Assembly: GCA_963840455.1 (NCBI GenBank) | Contig: CAWIYV010000009.1 | Span: forward strand, 256,001 to 320,000 | Reading direction: 5' to 3' | Length of the DNA: 64,000 nt | Source: Nitrospirota bacterium | Lineage (GTDB): Bacteria; Nitrospirota; UBA9217 | Part shown: piece by piece, positions 1 through 9,961 of the stretch | Numbering within the stretch: the first letter of the stretch is position 1 | Layout: every line of letters starts with the position of its first letter | Program-made: the position numbers and the translations under genes | Notes under the pieces: generated by a model | Databases searched by the model: none | What the model saw: the letters and a program-made list of their open reading frames with translations, nothing else | What the model was told of the DNA's origin: nothing

Positions 1-1545
1 ACTGGCCCTCGATATCCCGCGCTACGAGCAGTGGTTGGAACTGCGGCTGGAAGAACTGGTCCGAGAAGCAGAGAAGGAGGAGAAGCGCGCAGCACGGCGA
101 AGGAAGATCAGCCGCGACTTTCCCTTTCCTTTCGAGAGTCCTCGACCCGGCCAGCTCGAGATCGTAGACACCGTGGAGCAGGCGATGCAGGAGAATCGGC
201 CGCTCCTGATTCAGGCTCCCACCGGCCTCGGAAAGACCGTGGGCGTTCTGTATCCCGCGCTCAAGGAATCGCTCGGCAGGGGACAGAAGGTGGTTTATGT
301 GACGCCAAAGAACAGTCAGCACGCTGTTGCTGAGGATGCGGTCGGGCGGTTCCAGCGGGCAGGGGCGCCGGTCAAGTCGCTCACGATCACGGCAAAGGGC
401 AAAATCTGCTTCAAGAACGAGCCGCTCTGCGAGCCGGAGTACTGCGAATTCAGTCGAGACTATTACTCCAAGGTACAGAAGCAGGGGCTGATCGACAAGC
501 TCGCCAGGAAGCGCAAACTCACTGCCGGCGTCTTCCGAAGCCTGGGAGAGGAGCACGATGTCTGCCCCTTCGAGCTGCAGTTCGACGCAAGCCGGGAAGC
601 GGACGTCGTGATCTGCGACTATAATTATGTGTTCGCGCCTCGCTCCGCCTTCGGCCGGATCGCCATGTCCGGCATCGACCAGACCGGCAGGCCGAACCTG
701 ATAATCGACGAGGCCCAGAATCTTCCGCAGCAGGCCATGAACTACTATTCCCCAACCCTCTCCAGTCTCATGCTTGAACAGATGCGGCCTGCGCTTCAGA
801 TGTTTCCTGCTCGGTTCCGAAGCGAAGCAGAAGGACTTCTGGACGGCTGCTTCGCGGCGATCGCAGCCGCTGTCCCTGCCGGGACTCAGCAGCCGCAGAG
901 GATCGAACCGCCTGTTGATGAGTTCCTGGACCAGGACGCTCTGCTTCGTTCGTTCCTGACTCGCTATCTCGAGTCGGACGTGGATATCCAACCGCGCGAC
1001 CCTGTGATGGTCCTTGCGAACTACTGGTCCAGTTTCTGCGAGGCGCTCGTGCTCGCTGCTGATCCGGAGCGGAGGAGTTCTTCGTCACCGTACATCCCCA
1101 TCCAACAGGCGGCGTGATCAAGATCACCTGTTGCGACGCGAGTCTGATGTTGAAGGACTGTTACAAGGAGTACGAGCAGGTGATAGGGTTCTCTGCTACG
1201 CTCAAGCCCTTTACCTACTACGCCAACCTGTCAGGGCTCGATCTGGCCAGAACCATGACAGCGGAATTCCCGAGCCCCTTTTCGAAGGAGCATCGCAAGC
1301 TCCTGATCATCCCGCAGATATCCACGAAGTACAGTGACCGTGAACGCAACTATGCAAAGATTGCAGAAGCTGTGGCCCGCATCGCGTCGCTCAGGAGCGG
1401 CAACTACTTCATCTTCTTCCCGAGCTTCGAGTTTCTCGACCGGGTGCATGCTCTCTTCCAGGCTCAACCGGAACGCTCGTATTGAAGCAGGAGAGGGAAA
1501 TGAAGGCAGCAAAGGTAAGCGAAGTACTTGACCGCCTGTCAGCAG
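1..1545 (+). pseudogene. DinG/Rad3-family Fe-S ATP-dependent DNA helicase, 5'-partial, frameshifted (~1070, ~1478) and 3'-truncated
   Basis: ORF 35..1117 has Q-motif RPGQ, Walker A APTGLGKT, four Fe-S Cys (KICF..LCEPEYC..VCPF) and DEAQN. ORF 1114..1485 continues with FSATL and FFPSF motifs. A third frame gives LKQEREM..EVLDRL, then similarity is lost; helicase motifs V/VI are absent. Confidence 0.8.
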
Positions 1546-1911
1546 ACCATGATTCCCCCCAATCTTTGTTTTGCTCCCCATCACAGCATTCAAGCGCATT
1601 CAGGAGATCCGATAGTCGAAAAACTTCCATTCCATTCTGATTTCACTGCTTCCCCGCACCCTCCTTGTGATCTCTTCACAGTAATCCGCTCAACATTTCA
1701 GGATCAACCATTTCAAATCTACCCTGCCTTGCCTGTACCTATCGCCCTATTCCTGTCAAATAAAAATGGGAAATCATGATAATTATATGATTAATATATC
1801 AATATGATATAAAACTGAATTATTTTGGTAATACCATATAAATAGCAATATATGCAAGAAAAACTCTTAATTATCATTATATAACAATGCATTATATAAA
1901 ACAGATTTTTC

Positions 1912-1940
1912 TTGACAATACAATATAAAATTGGTATTTT
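1912..1940 (+). promoter_or_regulatory. sigma70-type promoter of the adhesin/DUF11 operon within an AT-rich tract (~1775-1950)
   Basis: TTGACA(1912-1917), 17-nt spacer ending TGG, then TATTTT(1935-1940). A GC-rich 5'-UTR hairpin follows at 1971-2000. Confidence 0.6.
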
Positions 1941-2042
1941 CTATATTAAGGAATGCTCTGTTTAAACAGGGGGCGCGGGGCTGACAACAGCTCAACGCCC
2001 AGGGAGTCGCATGTCAAACATGGGGTACAGGAAACAACTGCT

Positions 2043-5000
2043 ATGCCGATAAAAAAAGATGACTCACTGCTCCGGACACTCGTAAAGCGCTGCCTCTGGA
2101 TGGTCCTATGGCTTTGCGGCGCCTTCCTGGTGATCTGTCCGGATAGCCTATGGGCCGCTTCCATCACCGGCAATGTCTTCGAAGATATCAACTACGGCGG
2201 TGGAGCAGGACGGAACTGGGCGACCGCTTCCGGCAACGGCGGCCAGACGCGCCCGAACGCCCGGGTTGAGTTGTTCAACGACAACGGGCGCATTTGTGAC
2301 ATCAGTCACCACGAATGCCGCCGGAAATTACTCCTTTCTCGCTCAAATTGCCGCAAATAGGAACTGGATCGTCCGCGTTGTCAGTTCGAGTGTTACTTCG
2401 TCGCGCACCGGGTATGTGGCCGGACTCCTCCCGGTGATGACCTTCCGGACAAACGCCTCTACGGGCACGGCAGTGGACGTGACGGACTACGTCGGGGGCC
2501 TCGATCCGACCACGGCGGACGCGGGGCCTGCGGCGGCGGGATGGATACTGAATGCTGCGACGGGCGTCTTCTCCGGACCCGGCGCCTCAGGCAAGGCGCA
2601 TGCGTTCGCGGCGGTCATAACGGACCCGGGCGCGGCCGCGACCGCCAATGTCAACTTCGGTTGGAACTTCAACACGATCGTGAACACGAACGACACCGGC
2701 CAGGGTTCGCTGCGTCAGTTCATTCTCAACAGCAACGCGCTGGGCAATGCCGGACTGGCCATTCAGGGCCAGCCCGCCGGCCAGGACGTGTCCGTGTTCA
2801 TGATCAGCGACGGTCTGGCTCATCCCGGCCTGCGCGCGGGGCTGGCAAATCTGCTCAGCGCGGGAGTCGCGGTGATCACCCCCGCGACCGCGCTGCCGGC
2901 CGTGACGGATGCGAACACGACCATCGATGGCACGACCCAGACCGTCAACGTCGGCAACACCAACGCGGTGGTGCTGGGAACCGGAGGCACCGTCGGCGTG
3001 GATGGACTTGCGCTCTCCACGGTCCCGGGACCGGAGGTTGAGATCGCCGGCCCGGGGACGCTGGCGAACGGACTGCTGATCCAGGCCAACAATGCCATCG
3101 TGCGCGGCCTCTCGATCTATGGCTTCGGCAGCGTGGTCGGCGACGCCGGTGTCCGGGTCGACGCCTTCACGGGCGCACTGATCGAAGGCAATGTGCTGGG
3201 TTCGCGTGCGACATCGTTCACTGATCCCGGTGTGGTCCAGCGCAATCAGGCAGGCGTCTCCTCCGCGGGCGGCATCAGCGGCATCGTGCGCAACAACCTG
3301 GTCGGATTCGGCCGCGTCGTTGGCGTGAGACTGGATACGGGAAGCACAGGCTGGGTGGTCACCGGCAACGAGATCCGCGACAGCGGCATGGATACTGCCG
3401 ATGGCGACGGCATCACGATAAACGCCGCGCCGACGAACACGGCGACCGGCAATCTGATCACGGGATCCTCGAGCCAGGCCATAGCCGTGACCGTCGCGGG
3501 TGCGACCGGCAATACGTTCACCAATAACACAGTGACGGGCAACGGTGTCGGCATTACGACAGGCCTTGTGCAGAGCTCGGCCGTTGTCCTTCGGTCTGGC
3601 GCAGCGTCGACCACGCTGGACCGGAACGTCATCCGCGCCAATTACGGAGCCGGCGTGCAGGCGAACAACGGCTCCACGGGTACGCGCATGACGCGGAATT
3701 CGTTCGCCCTGAACGGCACCATCGCGGCCCGGAACGGCAGCGGTACGACGGGGCAGATCGCCATCGATCTTAATTCACCAACTGACGACATCAACTTAGG
3801 AACGGTTCCCTTCTACACCCTGAACGATGCCGGCGATGCGGACGCCGGGGGCAACGGTCTGCTCAATTTCCCGGTCATCACTTCGGCCACGACTATCGGA
3901 GGGAATCTGGTTGTAACGGGTTACGCGCGTCCGGGGTCGCTGGTCGAGCTGTACATCGCCAACCCCGACCCATCGGGGTTCGGGGAGGGCGAGACGTATC
4001 TCCTTACATTGACCGAAGGGGGCACTGGCGCGGGTGGCACCGATCCGTACGCCGACACTGACGCCGGAACGGGAGCTTACGGGCCCGGCGCCATCAACGG
4101 CATCGTCCAGGGCGCCGACACCACCAACCGGTTCACATTCACGCTTCCCATCCCAGGTGGGGTCAGCACCGGCACGCGCCTCACGGCGACTGCGACTCTG
4201 GGAGGCGAGACCTCGGAGTTCGGCGGTCTCGTCACCGTTATGGCCTCGGTTTCGGGGACGGTGTTCGAGGACGTGAACTACGGCGGCGGGGCGGGTCGGG
4301 ACAGGACCACCTCTTCCGGCGTGCCCCGTTCCGCAACGCGGGTAGAGCTGTACAACAATGCCGGCGCCTATGTCAACTTCACCACTACCGACGCCTCGGG
4401 CAACTACATCTTCTCCGGCCTTGCGGCGGGTAATTATACAGTCCGTGTGATCAATGCCACGGTCACTTCGTCCCGCACCGGCTACGTGGCCGGGTTGTTG
4501 CCGGTGCAGACCTACCGCACCAATGCATCGAGCGGTTCAGCCGTAGCCGTAACGGACTACGTCGGCGGCCAGAACCCGTCCGTGGCCGACGCCGGCAACG
4601 GCAGCGCCGGTGCGACCATGAACACTGTCACCGGCGTCTTCACCGCGGGAATCAGCGGAACGGCCCAGTCGATCACCAATGCGACGCTCGGAGCCTCCAG
4701 CGTCACAGGAGTAGATTTTGGATTTAATTTCGACGCCATCGTCAACGTCAATGACAGCGGTCAGGGGAGCCTGCGGCAATTCATCACCAACGCCAACACG
4801 CTCGGCGGTGACGCTTCGCTGGTCCAATCAGGACTGGTTGCCGCCAAAGAGAACGCCGTCTTCATGATCTCCAACGGCACCGCGGCAACTGGACTGCGCG
4901 CGGCGAACAACTACTTTGTCGGCGGCGTGGCCACGATCACACCCGCGTCGGCCTTTCCCATCGTTTCCACACCGATGGTCATCGATGCGCAGAAACAGCC

Positions 5001-6156
5001 GGGTTGGAGCAGTACGCCGGTCGTTGAGTTGAACGGGACCGGTGCAGGCGTCGGGAGCAACGGCCTGACCGTGAGCGGCGGCAGCAGCCTCATCAAGGGA
5101 CTTATCATCGACCGTTTCGGCGCCGCCGGTATCTCTCTCTCCGGCGCGGGCGGCACGACGCTCAGCGACAGCATCATCCGCGCCAACAACCGGGGCATCT
5201 ACGACAATGCCGCCAATGATCTCTTTTCCAGGAACGTGATCCAGGGCAACAACGGCGGCAACGGCGAGGGAATCTACCTGGACAGTGGCGCTAGCGGCGC
5301 CAAAGTCTATCACAATACCATCCACGGCAATGCCACCCGGGGGATCAGCCAGGCCGGCGGAAGCGCGACGGTGCGCAACAACCTGATCACCGGCAGCGGC
5401 GGGGTCGGGCTGTTCAGCAGCGGCGGCACCCTGACCGAATCGTACAACGGGATCACCGACGCCATAACCGCCCCGGCTAACACCGGCGGTAGGAGCAATG
5501 TGGCGCTCAGCAGTACCGACCTGAACGTGAACCCTCTCTACATCAACGCCGCTGCGGGTAATTTTACCCTCACCGAATGCGCCAGCCCTGTTATCAACCA
5601 GGGGACCGACCTTGGCGCCGACCAACCGGACATGAACGGCGCAGCTGCAGGTCTCTGGAACAACAACGCCCCGGAGCTGGGAGCCTTTGAGACGACCGGC
5701 AGCTGTACACCAAGCTTGGCCATCGTCAAACAGGCCTGGGACCTGAGCGGAATCGCGCCCCTCGGCTCGCCGGTGACCGCGCCGGCCGGCTCCACCATCA
5801 TCTTCCTGATCTACGTGAAGAACACCACCGCAGGGCCGGTAGCAGACCTGCGGATCAACGACATCCTGGATGAAACCGCTTTCCAGTATGCGTCGGGCAG
5901 TCTGGTTCGGACGCTTGCCGCTTCGCCGCCTGCGGACACGGCCACGGACAAGCAGATTTTCGACGCAACAGCTTCGGGCACAGGCACCGCTCTTTCCGAT
6001 GCCCTGGACGGAGATGTGAGCTCGGCCCTTGACACGGGAGGCCCGGCAGGGGCGGACAGGATAACGATAGGCGCGGTAACAGGCCAGGCCAATGGAATCC
6101 TGACGATCAACGGGCATACCACCTTTGCACTGCAGTTCAAGGTAAAGATCAAGTGA
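2043..6156 (+). CDS. Large secreted adhesin: two [SdrD-B-like + right-handed beta-helix] modules plus a C-terminal truncated DUF11-like domain (putative pilus tip); +1 frameshift at ~2286-2288
   Basis: Signal peptide MPIKK..SLWA is in ORF 1953..2360. Removing one G of GGG(2286-88) joins LFNDN-GAFV, matching the second module LYNNAGAYV. Duplicated motifs G.VFED.NYGGGAGR and VN.ND.GQGSLRQFI.N.N. Gly/Asn-rich PbH1-like repeats. C-terminus LAIVKQ..FLIYVKN..INDILD..FALQFKVKIK. Confidence 0.8.
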
Positions 6157-6197
6157 TGGAATCGGACATTACGGAAAGGCGCATGAAAGGAGCTGAC

Positions 6198-7770
6198 ATG
6201 GTCAAAGAGTATGAAATATTAGTGGTGGATGATGATGAATCCATCTCGCAACTACTGGGCGAGCTGTTGCGCGAGGAAGGTTATCCCGCCACCCGGGCTG
6301 TCGTGCGGCAAAGACATGCGTGATGCCCTTCGTGTCCAGCCCTATCATCTCGTGATGCTCGATCTTATGCTGCCGGACGCGCATGGCATTGAGCTTCTGC
6401 GCGAGATCAAGACCCTGTATCCGAAGACCGACGTGATCATCATGACCAGCAACGCCTCGATAGAAACGGCAGTAAAAGCACTACGGCTGGGGGCCTCCGA
6501 TTACCTTTTCAAACCCTTCGACGACGTGAATGTTGTATCCCACGTAATCGGTAAGGCGTTTGAGAAGCGGCAGATCGCAGATGAAAACGAACGCCTGCAT
6601 CAGAAACTCAAGGCAAAATCCGCAGACCTGGAATCCTCGGTAAGGCGATTGACCTCGCTCAACAATGCCGGCCGGACGCTGCATTCCATGCTGAACATAA
6701 AAGAGCTCTTTGTGGTCACCACCCAGCTCATAGCCTCGGAATTGAAGGCAAAGAGGGTCTCGCTGATGATCCTGAACAAGGCGACGAATGAGCTTGCGAT
6801 CGAGGCCTCAGTGGGGTTGGATGAGCAGATTGCGCAAACTGTCCGCGTTCCCCTCGGGGGAGGCATAGCAGGGTGGGTGGCCAGGGAAGGCAAGGCACTT
6901 CTTGTGGAAGACATTGAGCACGACGACCGATTCAAAAGAAGCCCGGACGGCAAGGGTTATGATACCAACTCCTTCATCTCAGCCCCGCTCCTGCTCAGCG
7001 TCCCGATCCAGTTTCAGAACAAAATCGTAGGCGTTATCAACATCAACAACAAAGTAGGCGGCGGCGTTTTTACCACGGCTGATCTCGAATTCGTAAGTAC
7101 CCTGGCCAGCCAGGCGGCAATTGCCATTGAAAATGGCCGCATATTCGAAAAGCTCAAAGCAATACACATGGAGGTGATCACGGCGCTCGCTGACGCGCTG
7201 GAAGCGAAAGACGTAACCACCGGACACCACAGTCTTCGTCTCATGCACCTGGCCGGACAGGTTGCCGAACGGCTCGATCTCGATGACAAGGCACAGGAGC
7301 GACTTCGCTATGCCGCAGTGCTCCACGATATCGGCAAAATCGGCGTACCGGAACGGATACTCCAAAAGCGCGGAAAGCTGACATCGGAAGAATTTGAAGA
7401 AATCTATAAACACCCGCTCCTGGGGGCGACGATCGTAAAAAAAGTAGCCTTTCTGTCGTCAGTGGCGCCCGTTATTCTGGCGCACCACGAGCGGCTCGAC
7501 GGGAGGGGTTATCCATACGGTATATCGGGAGACGCAATACCCATGGAAGCGCGGATCGTGTCGGTGATGGATTCTTTCGACGCCATGACTTCGGACCGGC
7601 CGTACAGAAAGGCCCTGGGCAAGGCGTACGCGATCAATGAGCTGGTGGCGCGTGCAGGGAGCCAGTTCGATCCACATGTCGTAGAGGCGTTTCTGGCTGT
7701 ACTTCAAGAGAACGAGAAGGATGCTGTCCAATGGGATCACCTGGACGTTTCGATGCCATGGACAGGATAA
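6198..7770 (+). CDS. REC-GAF-HD-GYP cyclic dinucleotide phosphodiesterase (frameshift near 6300)
   Basis: AAAGGAG RBS and ATG 6198 give MVKEYEILVVDDDESI (REC start), which shifts into ORF 6229..7770 (LDLMLP, DYLFKPF). GAF motifs GIAGWVA..G and GVINI.NK; LHDIGKIG and HHERLDGRGYP. Confidence 0.88.
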
Positions 7771-7847
7771 CGATCAAGTCGGTAACGGACGCAGCAAGAG
7801 AACGGTTTGAAACTATAAATTAATCTGGATTCAAAAGGAGGAGCAAA

Positions 7848-8465
7848 ATGAGAACCACAAGTAGAGTTTATGGATTGGCCCTGTGTCTGACGTTCATCAT
7901 ATCCGCCTGGGGTTCGGCCGGCATGGCGGCGACGAACACGGCCACGGACCCGGGCGGCGGCGGCGTGGCCCTGACCGCGTCCGGAGCCGTGACGGTGAAT
8001 TCGACGGCCTTGCAGCTGGTAAAGCAGGTATGGACCACTGCCGGCGCGTGCCTGGCAAGCTCGCCGGCCGACGCCACGTGTAACGGCAGCGCCACCACCA
8101 TTACCGTTCCCGTGAACACCCAGCTCAAGTTCGTCATCTTTGTCAAGAACGCCACGAACCTCGCCCTGAACGATGTCCGTTTCCAGGATACGCTGGATAT
8201 AACTCCCACGGGGTTCACGTACGTAGCAGGTTCGCTCAAGTATGACGGCAATCAATTGGACACGGCAACGCTTGCGCAGATCTACGCCGCTGTTGATGGC
8301 GGTACGGTCGAGACCGACGCGGTTGATGCGGGAGTAGGGCGTTATGCATCAATAACCGGCGGCAGCAATCTGACGGTAGGAGCGGTTGTCGGGCAGGTCA
8401 ACGCGGCATTGACTGTTGCCGCGAACAGGACCTTTGCTCTTGAGTTCCAGGCGAGAAAGAACTAG
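7848..8465 (+). CDS. Secreted DUF11-like subunit (putative major pilin), copy 1
   Basis: Strong RBS AAGGAGGAG; Sec signal ending AGMA; mature ATNTAT..; DUF11-like LQLVKQ..KFVIFVKN..DVRFQDTLD..FTYVAGSL; one Cys pair. Confidence 0.85.
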   Translation: MRTTSRVYGLALCLTFIISAWGSAGMAATNTATDPGGGGVALTASGAVTVNSTALQLVKQVWTTAGACLASSPADATCNGSATTITVPVNTQLKFVIFVKNATNLALNDVRFQDTLDITPTGFTYVAGSLKYDGNQLDTATLAQIYAAVDGGTVETDAVDAGVGRYASITGGSNLTVGAVVGQVNAALTVAANRTFALEFQARKN

Positions 8466-8577
8466 CCCTGGGATCAACGGTCATGCAGCCGGGTGAGGCA
8501 AATAGCCCGTTCCTGGTTTTGCAGCAAGAGGACGGTTTGAAGCTATAAATTAATCCGGATTCAAAAGGAGGAGCAAA

Positions 8578-9195
8578 ATGAGAACCACAAGTAGAGTTTA
8601 TGGATTGGCCCTGTGTCTGACGCTCATCATATCCGCCTGGGGTTCGGCCGGCATGGCGGCGACGAACACGGCCACGGACCCGGGCGGCGGCGGCGTGGCC
8701 CTGACCGCGTCCGGAGCCGTGACGGTGAATTCGACGGCCTTGCAGCTGGTAAAGCAGGTATGGACCACTGCCGGCGCGTGCCTGGCAAGCTCGCCGGCCG
8801 ACGCCACGTGTAACGGCAGCGCCACCACCATTACCGTTCCCGTGAACACCCAGCTCAAGTTCGTCATCTTTGTCAAGAACGCCACGAACCTCGCCCTGAA
8901 CGATGTCCGTTTCCAGGATACGCTGGATATAACCCCCACGGGGTTCACGTACGTAGCAGGTTCGCTCAAGTATGACGGCAATCAATTGGACACGGCAACG
9001 CTCGCGCAGATCTACGCCGCTGTTGATGGCGGTACGGTCGAGACCGACGCGGTTGATGCGGGAGTAGGGCGTTATGCATCAATAACCGGCGGCAGCAATC
9101 TGACGGTAGGAGCGGTTGTCGGGCAGGTCAACGCGGCATTGAGTGTTGCCGCGAACAGGACCTTTGCTCTTGAGTTCCAGGCGAGAAAGAACTAG
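8578..9195 (+). CDS. Secreted DUF11-like subunit (putative major pilin), copy 2
   Basis: 205 aa; differs from copy 1 only by F16L and one T->S near the C-terminus. Confidence 0.85.
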   Translation: MRTTSRVYGLALCLTLIISAWGSAGMAATNTATDPGGGGVALTASGAVTVNSTALQLVKQVWTTAGACLASSPADATCNGSATTITVPVNTQLKFVIFVKNATNLALNDVRFQDTLDITPTGFTYVAGSLKYDGNQLDTATLAQIYAAVDGGTVETDAVDAGVGRYASITGGSNLTVGAVVGQVNAALSVAANRTFALEFQARKN

Positions 9196-9335
9196 CCCTC
9201 GGATCAACGGTCATGTGATGGACGGAAGCAGCGTTCATGAGCATGACGTAGCGTTTTGTATCGGGACTGCAGCATAAGGAAAGATGCGGAACATGTTCGA
9301 ATCTATTTACATAACGAGCGATCGGTGAGGGCAAA

Positions 9336-9959
9336 GTGACAGGAATGCCTGTGACTATAGAAGGTCCTCCTCCCTCCAGGAAGGCCTTTGCCCGCGGTCT
9401 CGCGCTGGGTGCGATGATCGTCGTGCTCCTGCTCGGCTGCCCTCTCGCGGCTTTCTCAGCCACGAACACGGCCATTGATCCGGGCGGCGGTAGCATATCG
9501 CTCGTTCCCTCCGGACCGGTGACGGTAAACAGCGTTCAGCTGGCCTTGGTCAAGCAGGCCCGCGATCTTTCCGGCGCCGTTCTGTCAACGGGCGCCAACG
9601 TAACGCCCGGTCAGACGATCTATTTTGTTCTGTATGTCGACAACACCACCGCTTATCCCGCCAACGATATACAAATTATCGATCCATTGGACGAATCCGC
9701 CTTTACCTATCTGATAAACAGCATGGAAACCGCCGTTGTCCCCGCGGGATCCAATGACGCTGCAATATGGGCAGGCGCGTGGTCTTCCCTGTCAGATCTT
9801 CGGGGCGCACCGGATGATCTTGCCTCGATAACGGATAGCGGCGGCCCGGCGGGGCTGGACCGGTTGACGGTCGGTGCAGTTGCAATTCAGGCGAACCAGA
9901 CGTTGAATATTTCCGGCAATACCCTGCGCGCAATACGGTTCAGGGTTACGGTGAACTGA
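9336..9959 (+). CDS. Secreted DUF11-like subunit (putative minor pilin/adaptor)
   Basis: Signal peptide then ATNTAIDPGGG..VTVNSVQLALVKQ..YFVLYVDN..IIDPLD..FTYL; clear paralogue of 7848/8578. Start codon uncertain. Confidence 0.8.
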   Translation: MTGMPVTIEGPPPSRKAFARGLALGAMIVVLLLGCPLAAFSATNTAIDPGGGSISLVPSGPVTVNSVQLALVKQARDLSGAVLSTGANVTPGQTIYFVLYVDNTTAYPANDIQIIDPLDESAFTYLINSMETAVVPAGSNDAAIWAGAWSSLSDLRGAPDDLASITDSGGPAGLDRLTVGAVAIQANQTLNISGNTLRAIRFRVTVN

Positions 9960-9961
9960 TA

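Larger units (their letters stand above)
7791..9215 (+). repeat. Tandem direct duplication, ~695-bp copies (7791-8485 and 8521-9215), each with RBS and pilin-like gene
   Basis: Both copies start GCAGCAAGAG.ACGGTTTGAA.CTATAAATTAATC.GGATTCAAAAGGAGGAGCAAAATG and end GGATCAACGGTCATG, with only a few substitutions. Confidence 0.95.

Noticed and set aside
1533-1550. TGTCAGCAGACC resembling an IS terminal repeat at the helicase break
   Set aside because: Too short; no partner end or transposase found.
1971-2000. 5'-UTR hairpin GGGCG..GGGCTG-ACAA-CAGCTC..CGCCC as a riboswitch
   Set aside because: Single stem with no recognisable aptamer motif.
4828-6117. Long antisense ORFs (e.g. 429 aa here; also 11960-13660, 26574-28685, 58406-59857, 62073-63620)
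   Set aside because: Shadow ORFs opposite well-supported genes in GC-rich DNA; no motifs.
7791-9215. Near-identical gene pair as DGR template/variable repeat
   Set aside because: Differences are few and not adenine-specific; no reverse transcriptase is present.
7848-9959. Small subunits as type IV pilins or sortase-dependent pilins
   Set aside because: No class III prepilin G/F..E motif, no LPxTG tail, and no sortase or PilB/PilC genes; they have ordinary Sec signals.
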